From Eubacteriales bacterium (lineage in GTDB: Bacteria > Bacillota > Clostridia > Oscillospirales > CAG-272), in NCBI GenBank assembly GCA_045632325.1, contig JAZQWK010000363.1:1-36539 (forward strand): 36,539 nt of DNA, written 5' to 3'. The notes beneath the pieces are model-generated. The model worked only from the letters and a program-made list of their open reading frames with translations, searched no databases and was not told where the DNA came from. Made by a program: the position numbers and the translations under genes. Positions 17,575 to 25,561 of this stretch are shown piece after piece. The stretch's first letter is position 1; each line of letters begins with the position of its first letter.

Positions 17575-18896
17575 TATCCCTCCGGCTCGTAACGCCCTGC
17601 CTCTTCTTCAGTCGTGCGCTTAAGAATTTTATCTATCTCATCCACGTTTATGAAGGGCAAATGGTTCAAGATCGTTTCGTCATCAAGATACTGCGCCGCG
17701 CTCAGGACCATCTGCGTTTCCTCTGTGGCGTTTGTGATCCTGCTACGTTTGAATGTCGGCGCGTCTTCAATGCCGATAAGGTTTAACAATCCCTTAATAA
17801 ACTCAATGACGCACGTCTCGTATCGGTCGCACTTCAGGCTCAGGTTCTCATATGCCGCATTTATGGCTGTTGCGGTGATCGAGCCGCCAGAAATGTCCTT
17901 TGTGTCGAGTGCCATCGCGTCTTCGTACAGATCGCTCCTCAGCTTATCAAGAGCAACCTGCCGGGCGTTGTACGGCACTTCTATCGTGTGGGCTTCTGCC
18001 GTACTTCCTGCATCGTCCACGACAGCCGCTTTGACAGTCTTCATTCTTTCCACAAACTTTGCGAGATCTACGTCGTCCATGCCCCCTGCATTGGTAAGCG
18101 TCCAATATATCTGCGAAGCGTCGTCCAGATCATTAGCAAAACCGCTCTTAATTAAATCATAGCAGTCTATCCCTGACCGCAACCCTGTAAGTTCCGTCTG
18201 ACGCTCAGGATTGCCCCATAACGGAACGATAGGGAATCCGGGGTAATTCTCTCCGTCTAAAATCTCAACGCCGTCTGCTGTGGATTTCTGGACGATCTGG
18301 ACGTATGCCCTTTTCTCCTGCAATACAGTCGGCGCACCGTTGTCAAATCTGTACTCTGTATATCCGTCCTCTTCGTACAGCGTTGCCCGGAGCGGCTTGT
18401 CGTTTGCTATCTGCCAAAAACGTATACCGGCATGGATCGCGCCATCCTCTTCCCCTATCAGCGGAACAAACTCCGTGACCTTGAATACTTCCACGTGGTC
18501 AAGGTTAAAGAATCCAAAAGCAACCGCACCAACAAGAGCGTATTCTCCCGCCCTTATCAGTACGGTGTCAAAGTCCTCGCCGCCGAGTTTATCCTTTGTT
18601 GAATCTTCGTTAAATGTCACGCCATTTCCAAGCAGGTGCAAGTTTTCCTGCACGACAAACCTCTGGAAAAAGCCAGATGATACTTTGTGATTTGCAGAGA
18701 AATTATCCGGGACGGCTTTGCCGGATAATGTATATAAGAGTTTTTGGTACTGCGTTATCGTGGTATTACGTCTTCGGAAATATTCCTGCGCTATTACTGC
18801 GTCAACGTAAAGCGGTGAAGCCTTATGCTCCGCAATAGCGTTTAAGACAAACATGGGCTTGTCGGAATCCGCAATCAAATCCTGATAGGTTTTCAT
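17574..18896 (-). CDS. Portal protein (SPP1 gp6-like)
   Basis: 440 aa, immediately after TerL. AAGGGGG RBS. Confidence 0.88.
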   Translation of the reverse strand: MKTYQDLIADSDKPMFVLNAIAEHKASPLYVDAVIAQEYFRRRNTTITQYQKLLYTLSGKAVPDNFSANHKVSSGFFQRFVVQENLHLLGNGVTFNEDSTKDKLGGEDFDTVLIRAGEYALVGAVAFGFFNLDHVEVFKVTEFVPLIGEEDGAIHAGIRFWQIANDKPLRATLYEEDGYTEYRFDNGAPTVLQEKRAYVQIVQKSTADGVEILDGENYPGFPIVPLWGNPERQTELTGLRSGIDCYDLIKSGFANDLDDASQIYWTLTNAGGMDDVDLAKFVERMKTVKAAVVDDAGSTAEAHTIEVPYNARQVALDKLRSDLYEDAMALDTKDISGGSITATAINAAYENLSLKCDRYETCVIEFIKGLLNLIGIEDAPTFKRSRITNATEETQMVLSAAQYLDDETILNHLPFINVDEIDKILKRTTEEEAGRYEPEG

Positions 18897-18905
18897 CGTT
18901 CCCCC

Positions 18906-20168
18906 TTAATTCCACAGCGGTGAATACTCACTTTTTACTTTGCCATATAACAGCCTTGCCAGTGATGCGACTGTATCCGGGCAGTCATCATGCGCCGCGT
19001 CTTCAAAATAATCGCATATCTGCTCTATAAATTCTTTGTCTGTGTCTGCTGTAAATATAGCATCTTTCCATATAGCTTTCAAGTAAGTAACAATTTTCAG
19101 GTATTTGTTCTGATGTTCCGTGTACGTGATCGCCTTGATCCCCATCTTGCGCAGGTCTTTCGCAACAAACCCCTTGTCCGCGTTGTCCTCTGTATAAAGT
19201 TTGCCGCACATAAACTTTTGATAGTCTGCCAATATGTCGGCATAGCACTCCTCAACGTGCTTTCTCCTGCACCGTCCGTGGATATAATACGCTGTATCGC
19301 ACTTCCTCATAACGCACCATGCGGTGTAGTCCTCGCCATAGAACGCGCTGTCAACGTGCATAATGCCTTGCCCTACTTTTGCCGGGTCTGCGCCGGTCTG
19401 CGGGTTTTCAAATATTACGTCCTCGCTTGCGATGTGCCGCAACTCATAGTTGCAAGCAAACAAAGACGGCAACATCGTCCCCTTTATCGCTTCCAATTCT
19501 TCCGGCGGTATGATCCCGGTCGAATAACAGTCATGCCGCTCCGCATCCGGCATAATCGAGAACGCATCCTCTTTATGCCACGGTGTACCTGTATTAAATA
19601 TCTTGCCGCCTTGATTCTTTACATTCTGGAGTTCCTGATAGATCGTGATTGTGTGGTCTCGTTCCGCTTTGCTTATCCTGTCCTTGACGTTGACAATATC
19701 ATCGGTGAATATACGGTCAAAGTGTTTGCCGGTAATTGAACCGCCAAGACCGATGCCGAGTAACTGCACCGTTCCTTTTTTGTCCGTGGTTAGGTTCGTT
19801 GCGATCTCTGTCGTGGACTGCGTGCTCAATTTAAGATTGACACCGTATATGCACTGCACAAAATACAGCGTGTGCGGATCGCTCAACAGCTTTTGCACCT
19901 GCTTGACCACTTCCTTTACGTCCGCGTCAGTCTTTCGCATGAACATCGTTCGCAGGTTCGGCAAAAGAATAATCTGGATAGCCAACGCCACTGACACGCA
20001 GGTCGTTTTGTATGATCCGCGGTGACTCTGTAGCGTGTGGTCTTTCGTTCCCTGTACCATTTCTTTTATCCACTCATTATGCAAAGAGGTCAGCTTTGTA
20101 AAGCCGACCATCTTCGCAAAATCAGCGGGTCTGTTTAATAAAAAGTCAACAGCCTCTCGCCGTGTCAT
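18906..20168 (-). CDS. terL: Terminase large subunit
   Basis: 420 aa. Contains a deviant Walker A (HRGSYKTT), a Walker B-like IFTDDIVN, GTPWHKEDAF, and nuclease-domain aspartates (VDSAFYGEDYTAW, AAHDDCPD). Confidence 0.9.
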   Translation of the reverse strand: MTRREAVDFLLNRPADFAKMVGFTKLTSLHNEWIKEMVQGTKDHTLQSHRGSYKTTCVSVALAIQIILLPNLRTMFMRKTDADVKEVVKQVQKLLSDPHTLYFVQCIYGVNLKLSTQSTTEIATNLTTDKKGTVQLLGIGLGGSITGKHFDRIFTDDIVNVKDRISKAERDHTITIYQELQNVKNQGGKIFNTGTPWHKEDAFSIMPDAERHDCYSTGIIPPEELEAIKGTMLPSLFACNYELRHIASEDVIFENPQTGADPAKVGQGIMHVDSAFYGEDYTAWCVMRKCDTAYYIHGRCRRKHVEECYADILADYQKFMCGKLYTEDNADKGFVAKDLRKMGIKAITYTEHQNKYLKIVTYLKAIWKDAIFTADTDKEFIEQICDYFEDAAHDDCPDTVASLARLLYGKVKSEYSPLWN

Positions 20169-21457
20169 TATACCCTCTTCCTGTCCGCGGTTTCATGCGT
20201 CCTTTTCTGTATCGTCACGTTTTCGTTGTATCTGTATATGATGTCATTATTTTCGTCCACTCCGTCAGGAATAAGCACCTGCTCAAATAATTTGTATGGA
20301 CTCTGCCCGCGCCGTGGCGCGTTCCATAAATACCGGAGATATTCCTTCATTGTCATCTTGTCAAACTTCGCCCTCTGTTCACAGGAATTGCAGTTAAATC
20401 CCTCAGCCGCTTTATATTCAAACTCAAGGAAGTACATATCACCCTCTATGTCATTCCATCGCACGCTACCCTCTTTTTTCGCGATCTGTAACGCCGCAGA
20501 GAAATGCCCCCGGCTGTATTCCCATTCCGGTGGCAAGGCGCAACAACACGCGTTGTTTGAACACTCCTTAAAATGCGCGTCAGAGACATAGAACCTCATC
20601 CCCAACTTGTCGCAAAGGTCTTTCATGTTGCGGACGTACTTTTCTTTTATTTTCCTGTTCAGTCGGAGATACCCCGATCCGTTTGAATACTTCCTGTAGA
20701 ACTCTACAATGTCGAAACCGCAACACTCGCTTATCGTTCTGTAGTGTTCCTTTGCTTGCTTTATAGAGCGCATTTCAAGGCAGAAGAACTCTGTCGTGAC
20801 CGCTGTCGCACCGGCGTCATGCGCCGCTGTAATAAGGTCGAGATACGTCTTGTCGGACACGCCTATAATGAACGGTCTCAGGCGAATCGTCGTGCCGCCT
20901 TTGCTCAACTCATTGTATTTCCGCATAGCCTCAAGCCTTTCCCGCGGAGAGGGTACGCCGACTTCGATCTTTTTCGCGTCCTTTTCGTCAAGCGTAATAA
21001 TGCTGAATTTCACGTTCCAGTTATCCGCGCCGCGGAACAGTTCAACGTATTTCGGGTCTGAGAACACCCATGCAGACTTTGTGCTGAAGCATATTGGGTA
21101 GTTTATTTCTTTCAAGTATTTAAGTACTTCGTATGTTATTCCGTATTTCCGCTCGAACTCGTCAAACTGATCTGACAGCCCGCCGTACTGGATGGGGCGT
21201 TTTGTCTTCAGATATTCGTAGAATTGCGACCGTTTTTCCCCGCTGAATATCGCTTTTATTTTCTCCGGGTTAATAGATTTGACATCTTTATGCAGGTAGG
21301 ATTCTTTTGCCGCTCCGATCCCGCGCTGATATTGAGAAAAGCAGTACACGCAACCAAATGAACAATTGCTGTATGTATCAAGCGTAACCGGCAGACTGCA
21401 ATCTGCAATTTCCCCTGTCCAACGTGGACTGCCATAGTTTTTCTTTATTTCTTCCAT
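20168..21457 (-). CDS. Radical SAM enzyme, SplB/COG1533-like (long form, 429 aa)
   Basis: CSFGCVYC at 21341-21364 (C32-x3-C36-x2-C39). Downstream motifs YGGLSDQF, ICFSTKSAW and the Cys-rich C-terminal extension CSNNACCCALPP. Its stop overlaps the TerL ATG (TAATG). Confidence 0.8.
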   Translation of the reverse strand: MEEIKKNYGSPRWTGEIADCSLPVTLDTYSNCSFGCVYCFSQYQRGIGAAKESYLHKDVKSINPEKIKAIFSGEKRSQFYEYLKTKRPIQYGGLSDQFDEFERKYGITYEVLKYLKEINYPICFSTKSAWVFSDPKYVELFRGADNWNVKFSIITLDEKDAKKIEVGVPSPRERLEAMRKYNELSKGGTTIRLRPFIIGVSDKTYLDLITAAHDAGATAVTTEFFCLEMRSIKQAKEHYRTISECCGFDIVEFYRKYSNGSGYLRLNRKIKEKYVRNMKDLCDKLGMRFYVSDAHFKECSNNACCCALPPEWEYSRGHFSAALQIAKKEGSVRWNDIEGDMYFLEFEYKAAEGFNCNSCEQRAKFDKMTMKEYLRYLWNAPRRGQSPYKLFEQVLIPDGVDENNDIIYRYNENVTIQKRTHETADRKRV

Positions 21458-22161
21458 AGTTTCAAAGCCCCGCCGTCATAGTGTTTGTTCGGAACGAAAA
21501 AGCTGTATTCTTTCGACATCCTTTTTATTGTTTTCTGAAGTTCTCCGTTCTCGTATCTTTCTTTGCACCCACCTGCGTTCGATGTGTTCTTTGGTTTCGC
21601 GCAAGAGAAGTCATTAAAGCGCAAAGTAGTACCGCCTTGCTTTATAATGCGGCAACACAACTCGTAATCGTCAACAACCTTATACGATGTGTTAAACCTC
21701 AGCGCGGAGTTCATTATTCCTATAAACGTCCCTTGCAAAAGAACATTTATATCTGTCTTGTATCTCGCTCCGCGGATTATAACGTTGCTGTTTGCCGCGA
21801 TTCCAAATACCTGCGCGTGTATTTTTCGCGCCTCGTCTTCCATGTATTTTACATTCGACAATGCCTCCGCTGTGTTGCGCTTGAATTTTCTCTCCGTCTC
21901 GTAGTATACATTTATTCCGTATACATCATCGTCCATAAGGATTACCGGCTGACCCACATATTTAAGGATCGTGTTTCTGTTCCCCGCCGCGCAATCTGCC
22001 TCTCCGTATATTATCTCAACGTCATGCAGTTTTTTGTATGCGTCCCTATCCTCGCGTGTTTGAACAGATATAACAATGTCGTGCTTGTCAATTCCGTTCT
22101 CTAATAGCATATGCGCCGTTTTGCATTGCGGTCTCTTGTATGACGGTATTCCGAATATCAT
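21445..22161 (-). CDS. GT-A-fold glycosyltransferase-like protein with DxD motif
   Basis: 238 aa. N-terminal IFGIPSYKRP, then GNRNTIL, then DDD at 21925-21933, and a later VVDDYELCCRI. Overlaps both neighbours (ATGA upstream, 13 nt downstream). Confidence 0.6.
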   Translation of the reverse strand: MIFGIPSYKRPQCKTAHMLLENGIDKHDIVISVQTREDRDAYKKLHDVEIIYGEADCAAGNRNTILKYVGQPVILMDDDVYGINVYYETERKFKRNTAEALSNVKYMEDEARKIHAQVFGIAANSNVIIRGARYKTDINVLLQGTFIGIMNSALRFNTSYKVVDDYELCCRIIKQGGTTLRFNDFSCAKPKNTSNAGGCKERYENGELQKTIKRMSKEYSFFVPNKHYDGGALKLWKK

Positions 22162-22736
22162 TCGCCGCCCCCCATAAGTTCGTCAAAGTCATAAACCACT
22201 TTCATGGAATCCGGCTCTACGCCAAGCCACTCGCACACCTGCATTTCCTTTTCCGGCGCGTATGTAATAATAACTCTCCTACGCAAAAGGAAGTCATCGG
22301 AATGGTCATCGTATTGTTTCATCAGGTCTTCATCGAACGGTTCAGGAATGTACGGATCGTCCTCCGGCTCAAACCCAAACTTGCTCAGGTCTATGTCGTT
22401 TATGGAATCAATTTCAAGGCTCAACAATTCAACGTCAAATCCGGTATTCATTGTCAGCTTGTTATGCACGAGCGTATAGGCTTTTCTCTCCTCATCCGTC
22501 AGCCCATCCAAACGTATCACCGGCACGGTCTCTATTTCTGGCATTTCCATTACCGCCAACAGCCGTCCGTGTCCCTCAATGATCTCGTTATCGTGCCAGA
22601 TCGCAATCGGATCGTTAAAGCCGAACTCTTTTATGCTTTCCTTTATCTGCTTTACCTGTTCGGCTGTGTGAATCTTTGCGTTGTTGGCGTAGGGTTTTAG
22701 TTCTTCTTTGCTCAGGTATTCAATTTTCAGTTCCAT
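22158..22736 (-). CDS. ParB N-terminal (ParB/Srx-fold) domain protein with acidic C-terminal region
   Basis: 192 aa. LKPYANNAKIHTAEQVKQIKESIKEFGFNDPIAIWHDNEIIEGHGRLLA is the ParB-like nuclease-domain pattern. There is no HTH or methyltransferase domain after it. Confidence 0.8.
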   Translation of the reverse strand: MELKIEYLSKEELKPYANNAKIHTAEQVKQIKESIKEFGFNDPIAIWHDNEIIEGHGRLLAVMEMPEIETVPVIRLDGLTDEERKAYTLVHNKLTMNTGFDVELLSLEIDSINDIDLSKFGFEPEDDPYIPEPFDEDLMKQYDDHSDDFLLRRRVIITYAPEKEMQVCEWLGVEPDSMKVVYDFDELMGGGE

Positions 22737-23569
22737 GCAGTCCTCCTTAAATTACAGCAATCATCCGGGTTTTTGTTTACGTGTCTCTTCCAGTACTCAT
22801 ACGCCCTGCTCTCATCCTCGCATACGCTGATCTCTTTGAACTTCAGCTTGCTTATGTATTGAATCTTTTTCGACAGCGGCATATGCAAATATCCGTTCTG
22901 CTTTACGGTGTATTCAGAATAGTCTATGTCGAGCCATTTCCGTATCCATGAATTGACGCGCAAGAACTCGACAAGCACCTTGTCTATTCCCAAGGCGTTG
23001 TACGCCTCAAAATCGACATATTCTGGCATCAGCGGAGAAAGTCTTAACGAAACATCAAACCCGGCGTTCTGGAGCGTTCTGGCGGCTTGTACGCGATCCT
23101 GCGGCTTGCTCGCTTTCTCCATTCTGCGGCATATTTCCTCGTCCAGTGTCGTCACCGTTATCTGGATGTGTGCAAGGTCTTTGTCCATGATCTCGATGTA
23201 TTCCGGGTCTGCTATCATCGCGGATTTTGTCACAATCAAATACGGCACTTTACGCCGGTTCAGCAAACGGATCGTCTTGTATGTGTTGCGGTACAATCTC
23301 TCTACCGGCTGAAGACAATCCGTCATGCCGCCAAGCCTTACAACCTCGCCTCTTTTCACTTTGCGTATTGCCTTGCCGATGTCTGCGGTGCTTGCTACCG
23401 CCGGTCTTTGCGGATTCCATAATCCGCGGAAACTCAACAGGCTTTTTGCATAGCAATATGAACAGTCATGCTGACAGCCGCATCCGTACGTATCGATACG
23501 TGTCGGATAATGGCATTTCTCGCCCTCGTTGCCTTGTACGGTTTTGCCTACGCTCTTAAAGTCTTTCAT
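22727..23569 (-). CDS. Radical SAM enzyme, SplB/COG1533-like (short form, 280 aa)
   Basis: CQHDCSYC at 23453-23476 (C32-x3-C36-x2-C39). Motifs GGMTDCLQP, LIVTKSAMI and VSLRLSPLMP follow the spore-photoproduct-lyase-family layout. Its ATG directly abuts the TerS-like stop. Confidence 0.8.
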   Translation of the reverse strand: MKDFKSVGKTVQGNEGEKCHYPTRIDTYGCGCQHDCSYCYAKSLLSFRGLWNPQRPAVASTADIGKAIRKVKRGEVVRLGGMTDCLQPVERLYRNTYKTIRLLNRRKVPYLIVTKSAMIADPEYIEIMDKDLAHIQITVTTLDEEICRRMEKASKPQDRVQAARTLQNAGFDVSLRLSPLMPEYVDFEAYNALGIDKVLVEFLRVNSWIRKWLDIDYSEYTVKQNGYLHMPLSKKIQYISKLKFKEISVCEDESRAYEYWKRHVNKNPDDCCNLRRTAWN

Positions 23570-23908
23570 TCATTCTCCAAGAACCATCTGCTCCACTTCG
23601 TCAATAACTTCCTGCGTGACCTCTGCCACCATTACCTTTTCCACGGGCTTCTGCCCGGAAGAATCCCGGACCACTTCAAACGCTCGCGTATCACCTTTCA
23701 AGGCTTTCTCCATCTGCTTTATTGCGATAGCCTCAGCCCCGGTGACGGTCTCTCCGTTCTTGCCCTTGTACTCTTTTTCCAGTAACGCCTCCAACGCCAT
23801 GCGGATGTCTCTCTTCCTGCGTCTGGCTTCTCCGCTCTTGATCCCGCCTCTCTTCGCTTCTTCAAGGCTTAACTGATATTCTCCCGGGCGTAGATTTTGC
23901 TCATTCAT
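23570..23908 (-). CDS. Putative small terminase / basic DNA-binding protein
   Basis: 112 aa. Basic N-terminus KRGGIKSGEARRRKRD and acidic C-terminus. First gene of the packaging operon. GAGGTG RBS. Confidence 0.45.
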   Translation of the reverse strand: MNEQNLRPGEYQLSLEEAKRGGIKSGEARRRKRDIRMALEALLEKEYKGKNGETVTGAEAIAIKQMEKALKGDTRAFEVVRDSSGQKPVEKVMVAEVTQEVIDEVEQMVLGE

Positions 23909-24015
23909 CGTATCACCTCTTCTTCGCCTTTTTAAGCCGTTCCTTTCGTTTTGTTATAAAATCCTACCCTGACGGCTGTATCTTCGCTTATTCGGCTTTC
24001 TACGCGCTTGTGGGG

Positions 24016-24195
24016 CTATTCCTCGCGCCTCGGCGGGTAGAACTTTCCGTTTGTGAAATACCGATCCGGCTTACAGAACGGACATTCTTTGTCCGGGTAG
24101 GTTGTAGTCAGCACAAAGCATACTTCCATCCTCATTCCCGTGCGCGGGCTGACCTGTCCGAAGCACTTTCTCGTTTCGTAGCATTTCATCGCCAT
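24016..24195 (-). CDS. 59-aa Cys-rich (zinc-ribbon-like) protein, below the ORF-track size cutoff
   Basis: Translation MAMKCYETRKCFGQ...DKECPFCKPDRYFTNGKFYPPRREE. Its ATG 24195 overlaps the upstream stop. Confidence 0.55.
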   Translation of the reverse strand: MAMKCYETRKCFGQVSPRTGMRMEVCFVLTTTYPDKECPFCKPDRYFTNGKFYPPRREE

Positions 24196-24371
24196 TTCTT
24201 TCTATGCCTCTTTTTTTCGACATCGATCTGCCTGTAATAGTCTGCCTTGTTCTTGTATATCACGTTTTTCTCTTCCTCGTATGCTTTCCTGTCTTGAATG
24301 TACTTCTCGCAGTCAGCGTGGCATCCCGCCGTGCGATCCCGGCAATCTTTGCAGATCGTTACTTTTCTCAT
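24186..24371 (-). CDS. 61-aa Cys-rich basic protein
   Basis: Translation MRKVTICKDCRDRTAGCHADCEKY..., with an ATGA overlap with the upstream mini-ORF. Confidence 0.6.
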   Translation of the reverse strand: MRKVTICKDCRDRTAGCHADCEKYIQDRKAYEEEKNVIYKNKADYYRQIDVEKKRHRKKWR

Positions 24372-24472
24372 CCTACATACGCCCCTATAATCATCAGGAT
24401 ACCGCCCACCATGAACGCAAGCCCGCTACACGCGATCACCGTTACCCCTATACGTATAAGTGTATCACCCAT
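24368..24472 (-). CDS. 34-aa single-TM mini-protein
   Basis: Translation MGDTLIRIGVTVIACSGLAFMVGGILMIIGAYVG. It is coupled at both ends (ATGGGTGA and ATGA overlaps). Confidence 0.45.
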   Translation of the reverse strand: MGDTLIRIGVTVIACSGLAFMVGGILMIIGAYVG

Positions 24473-24650
24473 TGTGTGCTCTCCTCAATAACTTTGTCGC
24501 ATCTGCCGCGGACATTTCCGCTTTGCAATACTTACATGTCAGGCAGGAAGTCGTGTTGCGGTCAGGACACTTCCGTCCATATCCGGGAAGTTTATAACAG
24601 CGGTACAAAATCGAGACCCCGTTACGAGATATGGCTATCGAAACTGCCAT
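24465..24650 (-). CDS. 61-aa Cys-rich protein
   Basis: ATG 24650 preceded by GAGGAG. Translation MAVSIAISRNGVSILYRCYKLPGYGRKCPDRNTTSCLTCKYCK. The longer track ORF (to 24713) has no RBS. Confidence 0.55.
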   Translation of the reverse strand: MAVSIAISRNGVSILYRCYKLPGYGRKCPDRNTTSCLTCKYCKAEMSAADATKLLRRAHNG

Positions 24651-24993
24651 CCTGTTCTCCTCTATACGGTTCTGGAAGTGGCATCCATGCCAAAACATTG
24701 TCGTGATTTCCATGCGCTTCCGGAAGCCATCTCCTTGTGCGTTGTATGTATATGCAAGTCACAATGTTAAAGTGTTCTCCAGACTGTACCGTGCATAATA
24801 CCCTTTTTTCGTCTTCTGGCAACCGCTCACTGCACGGTATCCAGTGCGGTTCTGGCTCGATGGTCGGCTCTTCGTCAATAACTCCGATTATGCAAGCCTT
24901 GTCGTATGTGTCAGAAAAACCGTTATAGCAATCATGCAAGTCAAGGACGCTTTTCTTTAGCGCATCCGCATTAATCAGTCTCATCCGCTTCAC
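24622..24993 (-). CDS. DUF551-like phage protein
   Basis: 123 aa. HWIPCSERLPEDEKRVL...VLAWMPLPEPY matches the DUF551 pattern. Confidence 0.65.
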   Translation of the reverse strand: MKRMRLINADALKKSVLDLHDCYNGFSDTYDKACIIGVIDEEPTIEPEPHWIPCSERLPEDEKRVLCTVQSGEHFNIVTCIYIQRTRRWLPEAHGNHDNVLAWMPLPEPYRGEQDGSFDSHIS

Positions 24994-25026
24994 CTCTTCT
25001 CCTTTCTACGTCAGCCGCCTGTCTGC

Positions 25027-25425
25027 TTATGTAATCCTTTCCGCTTTCCATCCTCTCGCCCTCTCCTCATATGTTTCTATAACTGTACACTCTCCCGCCG
25101 GGCATGGTCTTCTCTTGTGCGACGGATGATAACTTATATACCCGCAGGAAATGTCTGATTTCTGGTAGCCGCCGTCATGGTAAATACAATGAATACATAC
25201 ATCCGGGTTGCACAATCTTTTCTTGTCGAGTTTCTTCCTGACCACTCTCGCCCGGCTGTATGTTTTCAGGATCGCAACATTCCGCTTTTGTCTCGGCGGT
25301 ACTGTTAGCGCATCCTCGATACTCCAGTTAAGGTCATATATTCTATGCCGGAGCGTGTCCACGTTTATATTCATTTCTCGCGCCCATTCGGTGACGGACT
25401 GCGATTTGTTGTTATACGTTATCAT
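25027..25425 (-). CDS. DNA-binding protein: N-terminal HTH plus Cys/His-rich C-terminal domain
   Basis: 132 aa. KSQSVTEWAREMNINVDTLRHRIYDLNWSIEDAL is HTH-like. The C-terminus contains CNPDVCIHC...CPAGEC. Confidence 0.6.
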   Translation of the reverse strand: MITYNNKSQSVTEWAREMNINVDTLRHRIYDLNWSIEDALTVPPRQKRNVAILKTYSRARVVRKKLDKKRLCNPDVCIHCIYHDGGYQKSDISCGYISYHPSHKRRPCPAGECTVIETYEERARGWKAERIT

Positions 25426-25561
25426 TTTTTATCTTCTCTCTGAGCGGGTCGCCGCCGCCCGACCCGCAGGGGAGTATATCCTCATCACTTGTGAGAGTAA
25501 GGTTCTCCTTTCCTTGTTTTTTTGTTTTGTTTATGGTTAATGCGGCGGTTTTTGGGGAGCG

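Noticed and set aside
20168-23569. The radical SAM genes read as QueE of a 7-deazaguanine (preQ0/archaeosine-type) DNA modification pathway
   Set aside because: I recognised no QueC, QueD, FolE or DpdA/TGT-like gene anywhere in the genome. The post-cluster motifs also fit the SplB/COG1533 layout better than QueE.
23909-24015. Search for a sigma-70 promoter upstream of the packaging operon (TATAAC preceded by GATACA/ATACAG)
   Set aside because: The -35 match is at best 3/6. I left it unannotated, because late transcription probably needs a phage factor.
25470-25530. 18-aa ORF (MRIYSPAGRAAATRSERR) and a strong AAGGAAAGGAG without a nearby start codon, in the 136-bp gap upstream of 25425
   Set aside because: The ORF spans the GC hairpin, is very short, and lies about 16 nt from the SD-like sequence. 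The evidence is not enough to call a gene.
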